This document shows, in pieces, positions 25,691-39,579 of a stretch of DNA of 64,000 nucleotides. The notes below the pieces were generated by a model. It did no database searches. It was not told the DNA's origin and worked only from the letters and a program-made list of their open reading frames with translations. Source of the stretch: Octopus sinensis (taxonomy: Eukaryota); contig NC_043015.1 in assembly GCF_006345805.1 (NCBI RefSeq), positions 51,584,001 through 51,648,000 of the forward strand, written 5' to 3'. Both the position numbers and the translations under genes were made by a program. Numbering within the stretch: the first letter of the stretch is position 1; each line of letters opens with the position of its first letter.

Positions 25691-26754
25691 GGATAGGGTG
25701 TAGTTTTAAATAAATCTGGCTGTTATTTCTTGCAGGGCAAGTTACTGCATAGCTGCTTGCTGTGTTGCCTCGTAACTACGTAACTAAAAGCCGGTGAGCC
25801 AATCGTTAAGTTCGGTTGCCAATTTTCCGCTGTTTTACGAACAAAAATTACGATTTGCAAAATTTGAAGCTTCTCTTATTTCCTCTTTCTCTACTTTGAA
25901 CTGAGATACTTGTGTTACGATCAATCTAAGGCCAATGAACTCTACATTATGTAGTTGTAAACAATTACGTAATATCAAAGGAATAAAGATTAAGATTATT
26001 ATAGAGTAGTCAAATATAATGTGAATGCTTTTTTTACGATTAGTTTTGTAATAGTTTTAGTTCAGTTTCCGATTCCATACGCTCACATATGCATATGTAT
26101 GTATGTATGCGTACTGGGGCATTTGTGTCTGTGTATGGATGTATAACTGTTCGTGGTGGGACGCCTATTTAAGTATATTAGAAGCATACATGTCAGGCGC
26201 AGGCGTGGCTGTGTAGTAAGAAGCTCACTTCATAACCGCATGGTTCCAGGTTCAGTCCCACTGCTGGCACCTTGAGCAAGTGTATTCTGCTATGGTCTAG
26301 GGTCGATCAAAGCGTTATATATTAATGTACACACGTACACGCGCATAATAGTTAAGGTCGTGTGTAGTTAGTTTAGGGCGAAATATCTATCAGTTACTGA
26401 ATAAAACCGCCATATTTGTTATTTTTATTAATAGTATCCTTGTGTTTAATTACAAATAATCATTATCGTACAGGTCGTTGCACACCCTTGGAAATTTTAA
26501 AAGTTCACTATTGAACCTAAAAAATATTGGGCATCACAGGGGCTACTGAATTCAGAGTCAGCGGAGGTCTCAAGTTAGCAGTGGATCAGAATGTATGAAT
26601 CCCAGAAGGAGTAATACTACAAAGGTTAGTGCTAATTAAACACAGGTGGATGCCTGATCAACGATGACTGGATCGCTAAGGTGAGGAAGTCTGATTGTTA
26701 AAAAGACCCGAAACATCCAATGCCCCCACCCCAGGAAGCATGACAAATGATGTG

Positions 26755-26894
26755 TCCATGCTGTGTGGTAAGTATCCTTGCTTTCCAACCACATGGTTCC
26801 GGGCACTATGGGCAAGTGTCTTCTACTATACCCTGGAGCCGACCAAAACCTTGTGAGTGGATTCGGTAGACGAAAACTGAAAGAAGCCAGTCAT

Positions 26895-26955
<61 letters not shown>

Positions 26956-27185
26956 AATATATGAATGTATTTTTTATTTCTGTCTGTGTTTGTACCTCTC
27001 CCATCACTTGCAAACCGATGATGGTGTGCTTACGTCCCCGTCACTTAGTGGTTCAGTAAAAAGAGATCGATAGAATAAGTACTAGGTTTACAAAGGATGT
27101 CCTGCTGTCGATTTGTTTGACTAAAGGCGATGCTCCGGCATGGCCGCATTCAAATGACTGAAACACGTAAAAGAGTAAAAGACAG
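26755..27185 (+). mobile_element. SINE-A
   Basis: Head, internal (CA)n/(TA)n and tail gatgctccggcatggccgcattcaaatgactgaaac. Confidence 0.85.
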
Positions 27186-27373
27186 ATGCATCTCAAGAAG
27201 TGGCATGACAAAACCGGGACATAGGCATTAACTAATTTCACCGCAATACGAATATTCTCAGCTGACCAGAGGTTGGGTTATTTGTTGCTCGATCATAAGG
27301 TCATAAGCACGATTCCTGGTCCGGGAAGCACAAATGAGTCCTTGGGGTAAAACACTTTACTTCAATTTACTCC

Positions 27374-27860
27374 TGTAGCGAGAACATTCAACAATCACAT
27401 ATCTATACGCTAGAAATATACCCACACGATAAAAAGAATCTGACCATTCACGACTTCGCATTGAATGAACTCCTGCGACGATTACAACTTTTAGCGCGTT
27501 TCTTTCTAAGCCCATCCATCAGTATAAATTTGTCTCACTTTGACTACTTGAAAGAAGGCTTTGGGATTCAATAGAGAGAGAGTTTTGAGTGGCCCCAGAG
27601 ACGAAACGGCAGACGGACGATGAAGAGATGTGGAGAGCTGCTGACAGCAACCACAATGAGCGATTGGTGACAGTAATACAACGACCAGTAGCTAAGTTTT
27701 TGACTACTATAACAACTGCACCAAGAACAATGACATCCAAACTTTCTCGAAATTTTGTCGTTCGTAGCAATGACAGTATTTGCGTTTTGTGTGCGAAAAG
27801 AATAAAAGTTTTTTTTATTCCTAAAAAATCGTAACCTTCTTCGCTGTTACCTTTCGTACA
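27374..27860 (+). mobile_element. 487-bp solo-LTR-like insert inside a CORE SINE
   Basis: TG...CA ends (tgtagcga / tcgtaca), TATA-like agtataaat, AATAAA near the 3' end; SINE sequence resumes on both sides. Confidence 0.55.
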
Positions 27861-28269
27861 CTTTACTCCACTCAGCTGCCAAAAATTGAGTATGGGGATT
27901 GACTGAGTCCCCAGTCAATTTAAAATTAGCGTAGCAGTGTTAACGTGTCTGTGGTTGTGTCGACCAAAAATTGTCAGGCACAAAAGATGGACATGTTCAA
28001 CAGTAGACTGCTACATAATATTCTTTAAACTTTTAGCTTTATATTTCCATGGATTTAGTGATAAAAAAAAATAGCATCGTTTAGCGTTGGGCGAATGAGA
28101 AACAAATGTTCCCTCAAAATCCTATTTTCCCATTCATAGCAACTCGGACTGACTTATGTGTTCAGAAAACGCAATGTAAAACCTGTAGCGGATTTGAACT
28201 CACTGCGTTCAGTACCGGCCGCCAAATGTTACATATGCACATTTCAATTGAATAGATATATATTATTTT

Positions 28270-28695
28270 ATTCTTTTATTTGTTTCAGTCATTTGACTGC
28301 GACCATGCTGGAGCATCGCCTTTAGTCGAACAAATCGCCCCCACGACTTGTTCTTTGTAAGTCTGGTACATATTCCATCGGGTTCTTTTGCCGAACCCCT
28401 AGGTTACAGCGACGTAAACACACCAGCATCGGTTGCCAAATGATTGTGGTGGGGGGCAAACACAGACACACAGACACACAGAAACACACACACACACACA
28501 CGCACACACATACACACATATATATATGCGACAGGTTTCTTTCAGTTTCCGTCTACCAAATCCACTCACAAGACTTTGGTCGGCCCGAGGCTATAGTAGA
28601 AGACACTTGCCCAAGGTGCCACGCAGTGGAACTGAACCCGGAAACATGTAATTGCGAAGCAGACTTCTTACCACATAGCCACACCTGCGCCTATT
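28270..28695 (-). mobile_element. SINE-A, full length
   Basis: Complete reverse-oriented family structure. Confidence 0.9.
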
Positions 28696-29455
28696 AAATA
28701 AATAAAAATATCAAAACGCTAAGAATATAAAGAATAAGAATAAAAAACAAAACACAAGGATATTTCCTTGGATTGCGGTTCAGAAAAAATAAGATTTACT
28801 TTAAACAATACGTCAAAACTGAATAATCGTAAATATTACTTGCTTTTTTTATTGTTTTTATTTTGTATTTAACGGAATTAGCAAAAAATAAATAAAAATA
28901 AAAGTAAATAAATAATAAAAATAAAAGATAAAAGATAATAATGAAAGACAAAAAAGATGGAATAAAAATGCTTCTTCTTCTTCTTAAGGCAAACATCTGC
29001 TAAAGGATGATAAAAGAGAAAATAAGTCATGAACAGCAAGATGACAACAGTATCGAAGAGGCAAAAATATACTAAAACAAACGGTGTAAAGAAGAAGAAA
29101 AAAACGAGTGAGGAAAAATAACTATCTGCTCTGATTTGCCGTTGTCTGTCCGAGTGAATGACACTTTGAGAATTTGCTATTAATTGTAGCGCTAGTGAAG
29201 GGCTCGTTTCGCTATAACTTGGCAGATCCGCCTTGCTAATATAATTTCCATTGATTTCTAGCAGTAAATTGAAAACAAACAATGTAGAAATGTGTTTTCG
29301 TCTGGTTTTTCTTCATCTTCTTTCACAAATCAATTCTCTTACAAATTCTCTCGTCTACGTGACTCAATCTATGGAAGGTCGTGAGGATAAACTGCTGTCT
29401 GCCATTGCTACATGCTCCCCTTCTTTCTCTCCCTCTCTCTCTCGCACCATCTCTT

Positions 29456-29486
<31 letters not shown>

Positions 29487-29869
29487 GGGTGCATGTACAT
29501 GTGTGTATGTGTATGTATGCGTATATATATATATAATGTGTGTGTGTGTGTGTGTGTGCATATGCATATATGCTCATATATATTTATGTATATGCATGTA
29601 ATTATATATATATATATACGATTGATTTATGTTGTGTTAGAAATAAAATAATAAAAATAACTTTAAACAAATAAGAGAAGTCGTCTCAGGAAAACAAAAC
29701 CAATCGAGATTTTATTTTGTGTTGACACAAAGACGAGAGGGCGTAGCCATTTGAACCAATATCGATATATGACTGGTATTTATAAGACCAGACACCAGGA
29801 CGGTGATGAAAGGCAAAGGGACGCCCTTGAGGTTCATGTTGTTCATGGCTAGAGAGAATGAAGTATACG

Positions 29870-29985
29870 ATAATCCAGTTCTATATTTAAGAGATGAGGA
29901 ATTGTTTACATTATGTACATTTGATGGATATTTGTCCTCATCTTGTCTGTTGTTAATACAACGTTTCGGCTGTTATACCCTTCAC
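29870..29985 (-). mobile_element. 3' tail fragment of the hammerhead-tailed element at 55695
   Basis: Minus strand gggtataacagccgaaacgttgtattaacaacagacaagatgaggacaaatatcc matches 55895-55950. Confidence 0.7.
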
Positions 29986-30061
29986 GGATGTTTGGATATT
30001 TGGATTGTTCTCCGATATTTCAAGGTAACCCTGCACTACTCCTATAGATAAAGGTCCTTTA

Positions 30062-30224
30062 TAGGCGCAGGAGTGGCAGCGTAGTAAGTAGCTTATTTAC
30101 CAACCACATGGTTCCGGGTTCAGTCCTACTGCGTGGCACCTTGAGCAAGTGTCTTCTACTATAGCATTGAGAGTGGATTTGGTAGACGGAAACTGAAAGA
30201 ATCTCGTCGCATATATGTATATAC

Positions 30225-30258
<34 letters not shown>

Positions 30259-30460
30259 CTGTTTTTCTTCTCCCAACAACGCTCAACTACCGATGCCGGT
30301 GTGTTTACGTCCCTGTAACTTAGGGGTTCGGAAAAAGAGACCGACAGAATAAGTACTAGGCTTACAACGAATAAGTCCTGGGTTCGATTTGCTCGACTAA
30401 AAGCGGTGCTCTAGCATGGCCGCAGTCAAATGACTGAAACAAATAAAAGAATAAAAGAAT
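30062..30460 (+). mobile_element. SINE-A, near full length
   Basis: aggcgcaggagtggc head through gcatggccgcagtcaaatgactgaaac tail. Confidence 0.9.
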
Positions 30461-30497
30461 ACATTGGCATAAAAAATATGTTTAGGAGGTTACAGTG

Positions 30498-30720
30498 GAG
30501 GCGCGTGGCTTATTGGTTAGAGCGTTGGACACACGATCGTAAGATTGTTGTTTCGATTCCTGGACCAGGCGATGCGTTGTTTTCTTGAGCAAACCGCTTC
30601 TCTTCACGTTACTCCAGTTCACTCAGCTGTAGAAATGGGTTTAGCCTGGAGAGGGATGGATTCCGAAGGGCTTTTTCGCCCTAGATACGTTGCATGGCTG
30701 CAGCGCCCCAACGACCCCAG
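30498..30720 (+). mobile_element. CORE-type SINE
   Basis: ggaggcgcgtggcttattggttagagc head; cttgagcaa...ccagttcactcagctgtagaaatggg core. Confidence 0.75.
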
Positions 30721-30886
30721 GGGGTTAACGGACTTGTGATTGTCAGGAGGTTATAGACACGAAGTTATTAATTGCTGGTGGGAACATGGTATTTTTTGCA
30801 GCCATATTATAATTCCAGTTATATTAAAAGTTTATATGTTAATACCGTATCCTACTTGTGTTAGCAGTGCGATTCAATCACTTTAA

Positions 30887-31109
30887 CCCATTAAGTCCCA
30901 CTGTCCTATAAATAGGACACTAAATGAGAACATCAAATAAGCTATATCACATTGTCTCAGTGTCCTATTTATAGGACACCAAATATTTCCTTTTCTGCTT
31001 GAAGTAAAGGAGTTTTAATAATTACTTTTTTTCATTTTAACCTGTTTTCAATCATTTGTAAAAATTTAAAAGTAATATTCAGAAATTTACGTATCTGGGT
31101 CTTAATGGG
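30887..31109. mobile_element. piggyBac-type MITE
   Basis: TTAA|cccattaagtccca ... tgggtcttaatggg|TTAA; internal inverted pair tgtcctataaataggaca / tgtcctatttataggaca. Confidence 0.85.
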
Positions 31110-33154
31110 TTAAGTTATCGATACAAATTCTCTATACAATTAAGAGCCAGCACTGAAAGTACCGACATTTCGTATACGAATACATCAACGTAAACGCATT
31201 CAAATAGATAACGGGCGTATATACAAATTTCAGGAGTCATTGCTTCTTTATCAGTACTACATCCAACCCATTAACTATCCACGAATTCATTGCTTGCTTG
31301 ACTAACCACTAAATTCAGTAGTGTAACACAGTTGGATCGACCAATTTCACATATTAAACACATTCTTGGCAACTACTACGTAAATACTAATTGCTGGTAG
31401 AGACACCGTATTTCGTTTGGCAATCATAATATACTACGATGTGCATTAAAGATTTATAAGTCAGTTCTGAGTCCTACTTTGTGGATTATGTTTCTCTCTT
31501 CGATCGCAATGTTTACAGAGACGTGTTCGTATACTTTCAATGCTGGCTCTAAATTCTGTAGAAAACCTGCAGGGATATACTTAAAAGAAAATGAGATACG
31601 TAGTTGTTTTTAGATCTAGGGCAGCCTTGATTGAGGAAATATATTACGAAATGCATTCTTGTTGTGATCATGCTTTTTTTTTCAGCTATATCTAGAACTA
31701 CATTATCCAATGTGTCTTGCCCTGTTGAAGACTGAATATGATTTAGGAGAATTTCACTGTTATTTCTAGTAGTTCGTTTCACCATTTAGTGTTCTCTCTC
31801 TCGCCGTGGATTCTTGCCGTGGGGTTTTCTGTGAAGAATTTATTCAGGTTCTTGGTGTTTTCGGCATCTGATTTTGGGTTTTGCCGTTCCTGAGGCTTTT
31901 GACTTTGTTTTAGATTTCACGATTATCTTTCTGATGTATATTACAAAAAAACATCATCAAAATCATGGCCGACGTGGACAGTGCATTTTTTTGTTTTTTG
32001 TTTCGTGTATATAACTTCTCTATGAGACATTTGGTGGCTTATTTTAGAGAAAATTCTGATGAGGCCGCCTGCTGTACGGTAAGAGTGTGTGTGTATGTGT
32101 GTGTACATACTGTTGTTACTGTAACATGGGCTCTGGAATGACCGTTCTTGGTGTTGTTGCTAATTACTCTACAGAGTGTTTTACTATTTATTTCGTGGTT
32201 TATGCTGGGTCAGATGTTTATTATTTTCTTACATTTTATTTTTGGTTTATTTTCATTATTTCCGTGTTTGATCCTGATTTTTATATCTCTTGTATATGGC
32301 GCCGGTATTGTGTGTGTGTGTGTGTGTTTGGGTGGCTGTGTATGGTGTAACTGGTTTTTGTAAGGTTGGCTATTTCCGATCTGTAATTAGGGGTGTTTTT
32401 CTTTTTATATTACCTTCTGAGATGCTTTTTTGTTATGTCGTTAATCAGGGAGTATAGCCTCAAGTCAGCTTTAACCCAGCAGACATGATCAAAGGCGGTT
32501 TCTTCTCAGAACTGCTGCGAATTTTATGATATTACACATAGGGAAACATTATATCAACGAAGGAAGAAAAACATTGAATGAAAAGCAAAAAAAAAAACAA
32601 GAAATAAACATATCAATAAAAACTCGTATAAATTTCCTTCAGAGAATTACTGTTGAATTCGTAGAAAATTGCAGATGAACAATATCCTGAATTATCAAAA
32701 ATACCTTACAGTAATTAGTTGTGGTCTTATATGATCTGCAGAAAAAGCTTTATTCATATGAAATTGGTTTGTTGATTTGTATTCTAAACATGCTACGTTA
32801 ACTATAGCTGGTTCTCTGTCGGTTACGACGACGAATATTCCAATTGATCGGAACAACAGAGCAGCCTGCTTCTGAAATTCACGTTCAAGTAGCTGAGCAC
32901 TCCACAGACAGGCATACCCTTAAAGTAGTTGTCATAGAGATTCAGCGTGACAAAGAATGTGAAAAGGGTGGCCCTTTGAAATATAGGTACAGCTCAGTTT
33001 TCGCTAGCTGAGTGGACTGCAACAACGTGAAATAAAAGAGACAACGCGCCGCAGGGTATCTATCTCACGACCTTACAATCGGGTGGCCGAGAACCCGAAC
33101 CCCTAAACCGTGCACCTTCACACGTTACACATATTTACATTGACTCCATAATTT

Positions 33155-33585
33155 TACTCTTTTTTTACTCTTCTTTGTATCAGTCATTTGACTGCGGCCA
33201 TGCTGGAGCACCGCCTTTAGTCGAGCAAATTGACCCCAGGACTTATTCTTTTGTAAGCCTAGAACTTATTCTATCGGTCTCTTTTACCGAACCGCTAGAT
33301 TACGGGGACGTACACACACCAGCATCGGTTGTCAAGCGATGTTGTGGGGACAAACACAGACACACAAACACACACACACACACATACACACACACACATA
33401 TATATATACATACATATATACGACGGGCTTCTTTCAGTTTCCATCTACCAAATCCACTCACAAGGCTTTGGTCGACCCGAGGCTATAGTAGAAGACACTT
33501 GCCCAAGGTGCCATGCAGTGGGACTGAATCCGTGACCATGTGGTTGTTAAGCAAGCTACTTACCACACAGCCACTCCTGCACCTA
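33155..33585 (-). mobile_element. SINE-A, full length
   Basis: Complete reverse-oriented family structure. Confidence 0.9.
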
Positions 33586-33594
33586 TAGGATAAA

Positions 33595-33700
33595 AAGCTA
33601 AGTCGACCTCGGTGGAATTTGAACTCAGAATGTAAAGACAGAGGAAATACTGCTAAGCATTTCGCCCGACGTGCTAACGTTTCTGCCACCTCGCCGCCTG
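33595..33700 (-). mobile_element. SINE-M 5' part
   Basis: agtcgacctcggtggaatttgaactcagaa...ctcgccgcct. Confidence 0.8.
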
Positions 33701-34120
33701 TCAATGTATTTTATGCTATCCACTCATATTGCAAGAAAGCTCGACGCCATTTTGCCGTCGTCTTCAAAGAAATATATGTCAACGTTAATGATGGTTTTGT
33801 GACATTGATTTCTCAGAGACGTTTCTTTTATATTCTAAAGATTATTTAATTTAATTTGTTTTATTACATTCTGATATGGTATTACACTGTTATCTTTCTT
33901 TCGATGAATTTTCTTCTTTTCCATCGACCGTCTCAGAAGTGACTACTGGTGATGTCTTCGAAATAGGCGAAACTAGTTTAGTTTAGTCTAGTTTTTTTGT
34001 AAGCCTAGTACTTATTCTATCGGTCTCTTTTGCCGAACCGCTAAGTTACGATGGATGTAAACATACCACCATCGGTTGTCAAGCGATGGTGGTGGTGGGA
34101 GTACAAACACAGACACACAA

Positions 34121-34204
<84 letters not shown>

Positions 34205-34524
34205 TATATATATATATATATATATGTATATGTGTGTGGAGGCGCAATAGCCCAGTGGTTAGGGTAGCGGACTCGCGGTCGGAGGATCACGGTTTCACCT
34301 ATTTCGTAGGTATCGTCAGTGGTGATTACTCGAACGATATTGTATTGTGTTGTGTTGTGTGTATGTGTAAGGGCGGTTAAGTTTATGCGCAATATAAATT
34401 TCCTCACTTTTCTTTACTTAAAGTTCGGAATATCAAGTTTTACCCATCTGCGCGATAAGTGCATCATTCTCTTTAACATTCATTCGAAGACGAAAACTAA
34501 TTGTACGATGGTCTTTTCACAATT

Positions 34525-34690
34525 AGGCGCAGGAGTGGCTGTGTGATCAGTAGCTTGCTTACCAACCACATGGTTCTGGGTTCAGTCCCACTGCGTGGCA
34601 CCTTGGGCAAGTGTTTTCTACTATAGCCTCGGGTCGACCAAAACCTTGTGAGTGGATTTGGTAGACGGAAACTGAAAGAAACCTGCCGTA

Positions 34691-34765
<75 letters not shown>

Positions 34766-34970
34766 TTGTGTATCTGTGTTTGTCCCCACAACAGCGCTTG
34801 ACAACCGATGCTGGTGTATTTACGTCCCCTGTAACTTAGCGGTTCGGCAAAAGAGACCGATAGAATAAGTACTAGGCTCACAAAAGAATAAGTCCTGGGG
34901 TCGATTTGGTCGACTAAAGGCGGTGCTCCAGCATGGCCGCAGTCAAATGACTGAAAGAAGTAAAGAGTAA
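34525..34970 (+). mobile_element. SINE-A, full length
   Basis: Complete family structure with internal (TA)n(TG)n. Confidence 0.9.
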
Positions 34971-34974
34971 AGCA

Positions 34975-35260
34975 CGAAATCCATCCATCCATCCATCCAT
35001 CCATCTCCGCCCACTACTCTTAGGAAGTTTTCATGAATTGAGGCCATCGGTTCTCCCTGTTATTAGAAGCAACCATCAAATACACTTTTTGGCTGGATTC
35101 CAAACCGTCATCCAATGAGATTATGGATATGATCTAATCATCTCGTTCTTGGTCTGCTCCTAGATCTCCACCCACTTGACTCGACTTGAAAAATCTGGCT
35201 TACGATTCTTTTCTGCAACATTCTATTCACATATCCGTAGTACTAGAGCTCTCAATTCTC
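34975..35260 (-). mobile_element. RTE-clade (Rex3/Expander-like) LINE 3' end with (GATG)n tail
   Basis: Minus translation RIVSQIF...GWRSRSRPRTR...FGIQP, followed by atggatggatgg. Confidence 0.65.
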
Positions 35261-35869
35261 AATTCAACCTCGAGAGACTAACTGATCTCCGAGTTACGCA
35301 TCTCCGAGTTACGCAATTTGTCAAATAACGTTATACCAGAGATTCCCCTGAGGAACCCCCACTTCGGCCGCTTATATTCGCAACCGTACTCTTTCGGTAA
35401 GTGAGGATGGGCACGAAACCAGAATTGAAGGTATCGAGTTATCTAAATCATATCCTATGATATAAAAAAAGATTACGTTGGCTATTGTAGTCTGAGGTAC
35501 AATGCTTGAAAAGTAATAGGGGCTAGCTAATCATGTTTGACATGTGTTTCATCGCGTGTTTGCTCAATCTACGCCAACTTGGGGTTAAACAACAGCAATA
35601 AAAATAAAATTTTTGTCCTGACCCAAACCAATAAAAAAAAATTAAGAGAGAAAATAGCGGGGAAATCTCCTTAAGTCACACCTTGTGTAGGGGACAAAGG
35701 TATATTAGTAATGTAGTCACATATTGTCTTCAAACGATTGGATGATTAAAGTTGGAGCAAATTTGACCAATGATCTTTAAGACCAAGGTTTCTCTGGGGC
35801 TAAAAAAAACTAGAGCAACAACATGACCTTTGACCTTTCAACCACTGAGCCAACCAACAATCTATTCTA

Positions 35870-36126
35870 TACTCTTTACTCTTTTACTCTTTTACTTGTT
35901 TCAGTCATTTGACTGTGGCCATGCTGGAGCTCTACCTTTCGTCGGGCAAATCGACCCCAGGACTTATTCTTTGTAAGCCTAGTACTTATTCTATCGGTCT
36001 CTTTTGCCGAACCGCTAGTATCGGTTGTCAAGCGACGTTAGGGAGACAAACATAGACACACAAACATATACACACACACACGCACGCACACACACACACA
36101 CACACACACCACACACACACACACAC

Positions 36127-36166
<40 letters not shown>

Positions 36167-36340
36167 CATATATACGACGGGATTCTTTCAGTTTCCGTCT
36201 ACCAAATCCACCCACAAGGCTTTGGTCTGCCCGAAGGCTATAGTAGAGAACACTTGCCCAAGGTACCATGCAGTTGGACTGAACCCGGAACGATGTGGTT
36301 GGTAAGCAAGCTACATGCCACACAGCTACTCCTACGCCTA
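35870..36340 (-). mobile_element. SINE-A, full length
   Basis: Complete reverse-oriented family structure. Confidence 0.9.
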
Positions 36341-36803
36341 CTATGGGGAAAGGCTTGATCTTTGTGAGCAAAAATAAATTTTAAAAGACAAGGGAATTAG
36401 GAAAGGAGGAACAGTCACAGATTAACTCACCCGAATTTCAGCACTTCAGTAAATGAAGTTTTTTTTTCTTCTTAAAAAATTCTTTGATTATTGAATAGAA
36501 ACGTTTTGAAGTAAAAATAAAGGAGACAAAAAATAAAAGCAAATAGAAATATTTTCGTCAGTTTAATTCGCGTAATTCCAAAATGTGAGGTAAGGGATAT
36601 GGTTCAAGCGGAAACAAAAGTGTAGATTTAGATAATTGAAACAGGTGGTGATGACAACGGACACAGAACATTCCATATGAATTGAAATTATACTTTTACT
36701 GAGAAAAAAATATGTCTATATTATATATACCAAAGTATATGCGAATATAAATGCCGTGTATGTACATATACGTGTGTGTGTGTGTGTGTGCGTGTGTGTG
36801 TAA

Positions 36804-37140
36804 AGGCGCATGGCTTAGTGGTTAGAGCGTCGTGCTTATGATCGCGAGGTTGTGAGTTCGAATCCCGGACTGGGCTGCGTTTTGTGTTCTTGAGCAAGAC
36901 ACTTTATTTCATGTTGCTCCAGTTTACTCAGCTGTAGAAATGAGATGTGACGTCACAGGTGTCAAGCTGTATCGGCCGTTGCTTTTCCCTTTCCCTTGGA
37001 TAATACTGGTGGCGTGGAGACGGGAGGCCGGTATGCATGGGCGACTGATGGTCTTCCATAAACAACCTTGCCCGGACTTGTGCCTGGGAGGGTAACTTTC
37101 TAGGGGCAATCCCATGATCGGTCATGACATAAGGGGGTCT
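36804..37140 (+). mobile_element. CORE-type SINE, near full length
   Basis: aggcgcatggcttagtggttagagc...gagttcgaatccc head; cttgagcaagacactt...ccagtttactcagctgtagaaatgag core. Confidence 0.85.
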
Positions 37141-37765
37141 CAGCAGCTCAGCTCAGTGTGTGTGTGTGTGGAGAGAGAGAGTGAGAGAGAGTGAGCAAGG
37201 GCAAGTTGAAGTGTGCATATTATTAATTCCAGACGTTTGCAATAATAGAACAAAGTGGTATACGACATGAAGACATTTTGAAAATATTCAAATCACAAAG
37301 TTTTTTAGTTTTGTTAACCACAGTCGTTCGAAGGATCGGAAACACGAAACTCAGTATAACAATTTATGAACATACAGCATTCATTCAATATATTAAAACA
37401 ATTCTGCTTCCAGCATCGAATACTCTTCTACCTTTTGATTACTCCCATGCGATTATATATACGTACATGTATGCGAGCGCATGTATGTATGTCTGAGAGC
37501 TCGACCCACCATACCTCTGTATATATGAATAATGTTTAATTTAATAGTCTAAGCTCTGTGTGGTGCAATCTGAAATTAGCACATTTGCATATCGGTTGAA
37601 ATTCTGTAATTAGTCATTTAATTGGCATTGCTGCAGTTTAATTGCATTTGTTTGAGCAGAGTTGAGTTACGTAACTTGTCTTAACTTTTGCTTGTTGCTT
37701 GCAAATCTATGAGTCAGTGCCATTATGGCTGTCAGTTCGGAAGCATGCATGTGTGTGCGTGTTTG

Positions 37766-37796
<31 letters not shown>

Positions 37797-38055
37797 GCAT
37801 ATATATGTATGTATATATATATATATATATATATATGCATGTTAGTGTGTTATGTATGTGTCTGTATGTGTGATTTTTATATATGTATGGCTTTATACAT
37901 ACACACACATAGCTACACACACACATAGCTACACACACACATTAACACACACACACATATATACACGCACATAAGTTCTTGCATGTGTATACATACATGC
38001 ATAGCCATAAATATATTTATAAATTTACATGCATGCACATATACACAAATCTATG

Positions 38056-38100
<45 letters not shown>

Positions 38101-38125
38101 AAAGGCTTAGTAAAATAAATTACTT

Positions 38126-38179
<54 letters not shown>

Positions 38180-38807
38180 CTCTCTATAGTGTATATATAT
38201 ATATTATATACACGCATACGCAAAGGAAACGACAAAAGATTAAAAAAGAATAGAAAAATGAAAGAATCAGACGACGAAGGAAAAGATAAAATTGAATAAT
38301 ATTAATGGTAATAATAATAATATTAATAATGATAATAATAATAATAATAGTAATAATAATAATAATAATTATTATTATTATTATTATTATAATAATAATA
38401 ACAGTAAAAGGAATAACAAATGATGCATCGATAATCTTCATCTTTTCTTAACAAATATAACACATCAATCGTTGGTAAACAGTTTCCTTAAATTTGTCAA
38501 TATATCGTTAGATGATAGTGTCGTGTCATCTTAATGGTGGCATTTGATGTTCATCGCCATCTTAGCCTTTCATGTCGGTTTTTATATATTCTCCTTTTTT
38601 TATATTTTACTTATACTTTATTTACAGTATTTTCTTTCATTTATTTTGTTGATTTTCTTTAAAGTTTAATATTTTCTGTCTAGATATAATGTCAGTTGAT
38701 TTCTTGACTATTTATTATAACTCTGCTGCGTAAGAAATACTAAAATTTAGGTAATTAGTACGGTGTAATTAATTGTGAAAAGATTGCTGGTGATATGTGT
38801 TTCTTTT

Positions 38808-39020
38808 AAGGCAATGAGCTGGCAGAATCGTTAGCACGCCGGGCGAAATGCTTTGCAGTATTTCGTCCGTCTTTATGTTTTGAGTTCGAAACTTCACCTA
38901 GGTTGACTATGCCTGTCATATTTTCGGAGTCGATAAAATAAGTACCAGTCATACAATAGCGTCGATGTAATTGACTTACTCCCGCCAACGAAATTGCTGG
39001 CCTTATGTTAAAGTTTTAAA
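38808..39020 (+). mobile_element. SINE-M
   Basis: gagctggcagaatcgttagcacgccgggcgaaatgc head plus central domain. Confidence 0.8.
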
Positions 39021-39579
39021 CCTATCTGTCTTTCTTTCCTTCACAAGATTTCTGTTTCATGGTAGAATCGATAGAACGACAGACGAAATATATGGAGGGT
39101 AATATCATTACGACCCCTAAGGTTCTGAGTTCAAGTCAAACCGACGAGGTTCATCGTGTCTTTTATCTTACCGGAATCAATAAAACAAGTAAAAATATGG
39201 CAACAAGATCGATCTAATCTATCATAATCTCTTCAATAATTTTCTGGCTTCCTGCCGTAAAAAGGTGAGGCGGCCAAGTGGGTGAGTCGTCAAAAGTGTC
39301 AGGTTATCTTGCGGAATTCTTTTTAGTTTTTTCCGGGTGCTCAGAGTTGAAATCCAGCCGAGGTCAGTTTTAACCTTCATTCCTAAAAGATCGATAAATG
39401 GAGTACCGGTTAAGTGTTGGATCGATTCTACTCCTCTCACCAACTCCGACACACTTTGAATTGGCTGTCTTGCGCTTTTATACATACATGCATAACCGGG
39501 TTTGTGATTAATCTTTATATTTTGTATCTTTTCATTTGTCTTGCTCACTGACGTTCTGGCATTTGCTGAATTTTCTTGA

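Noticed and set aside
36804-36875. tRNA genes (also about 8210-8283, 34240-34290, 55695-55752)
   Set aside because: A/B boxes are present but the cloverleafs are incomplete and run into SINE bodies
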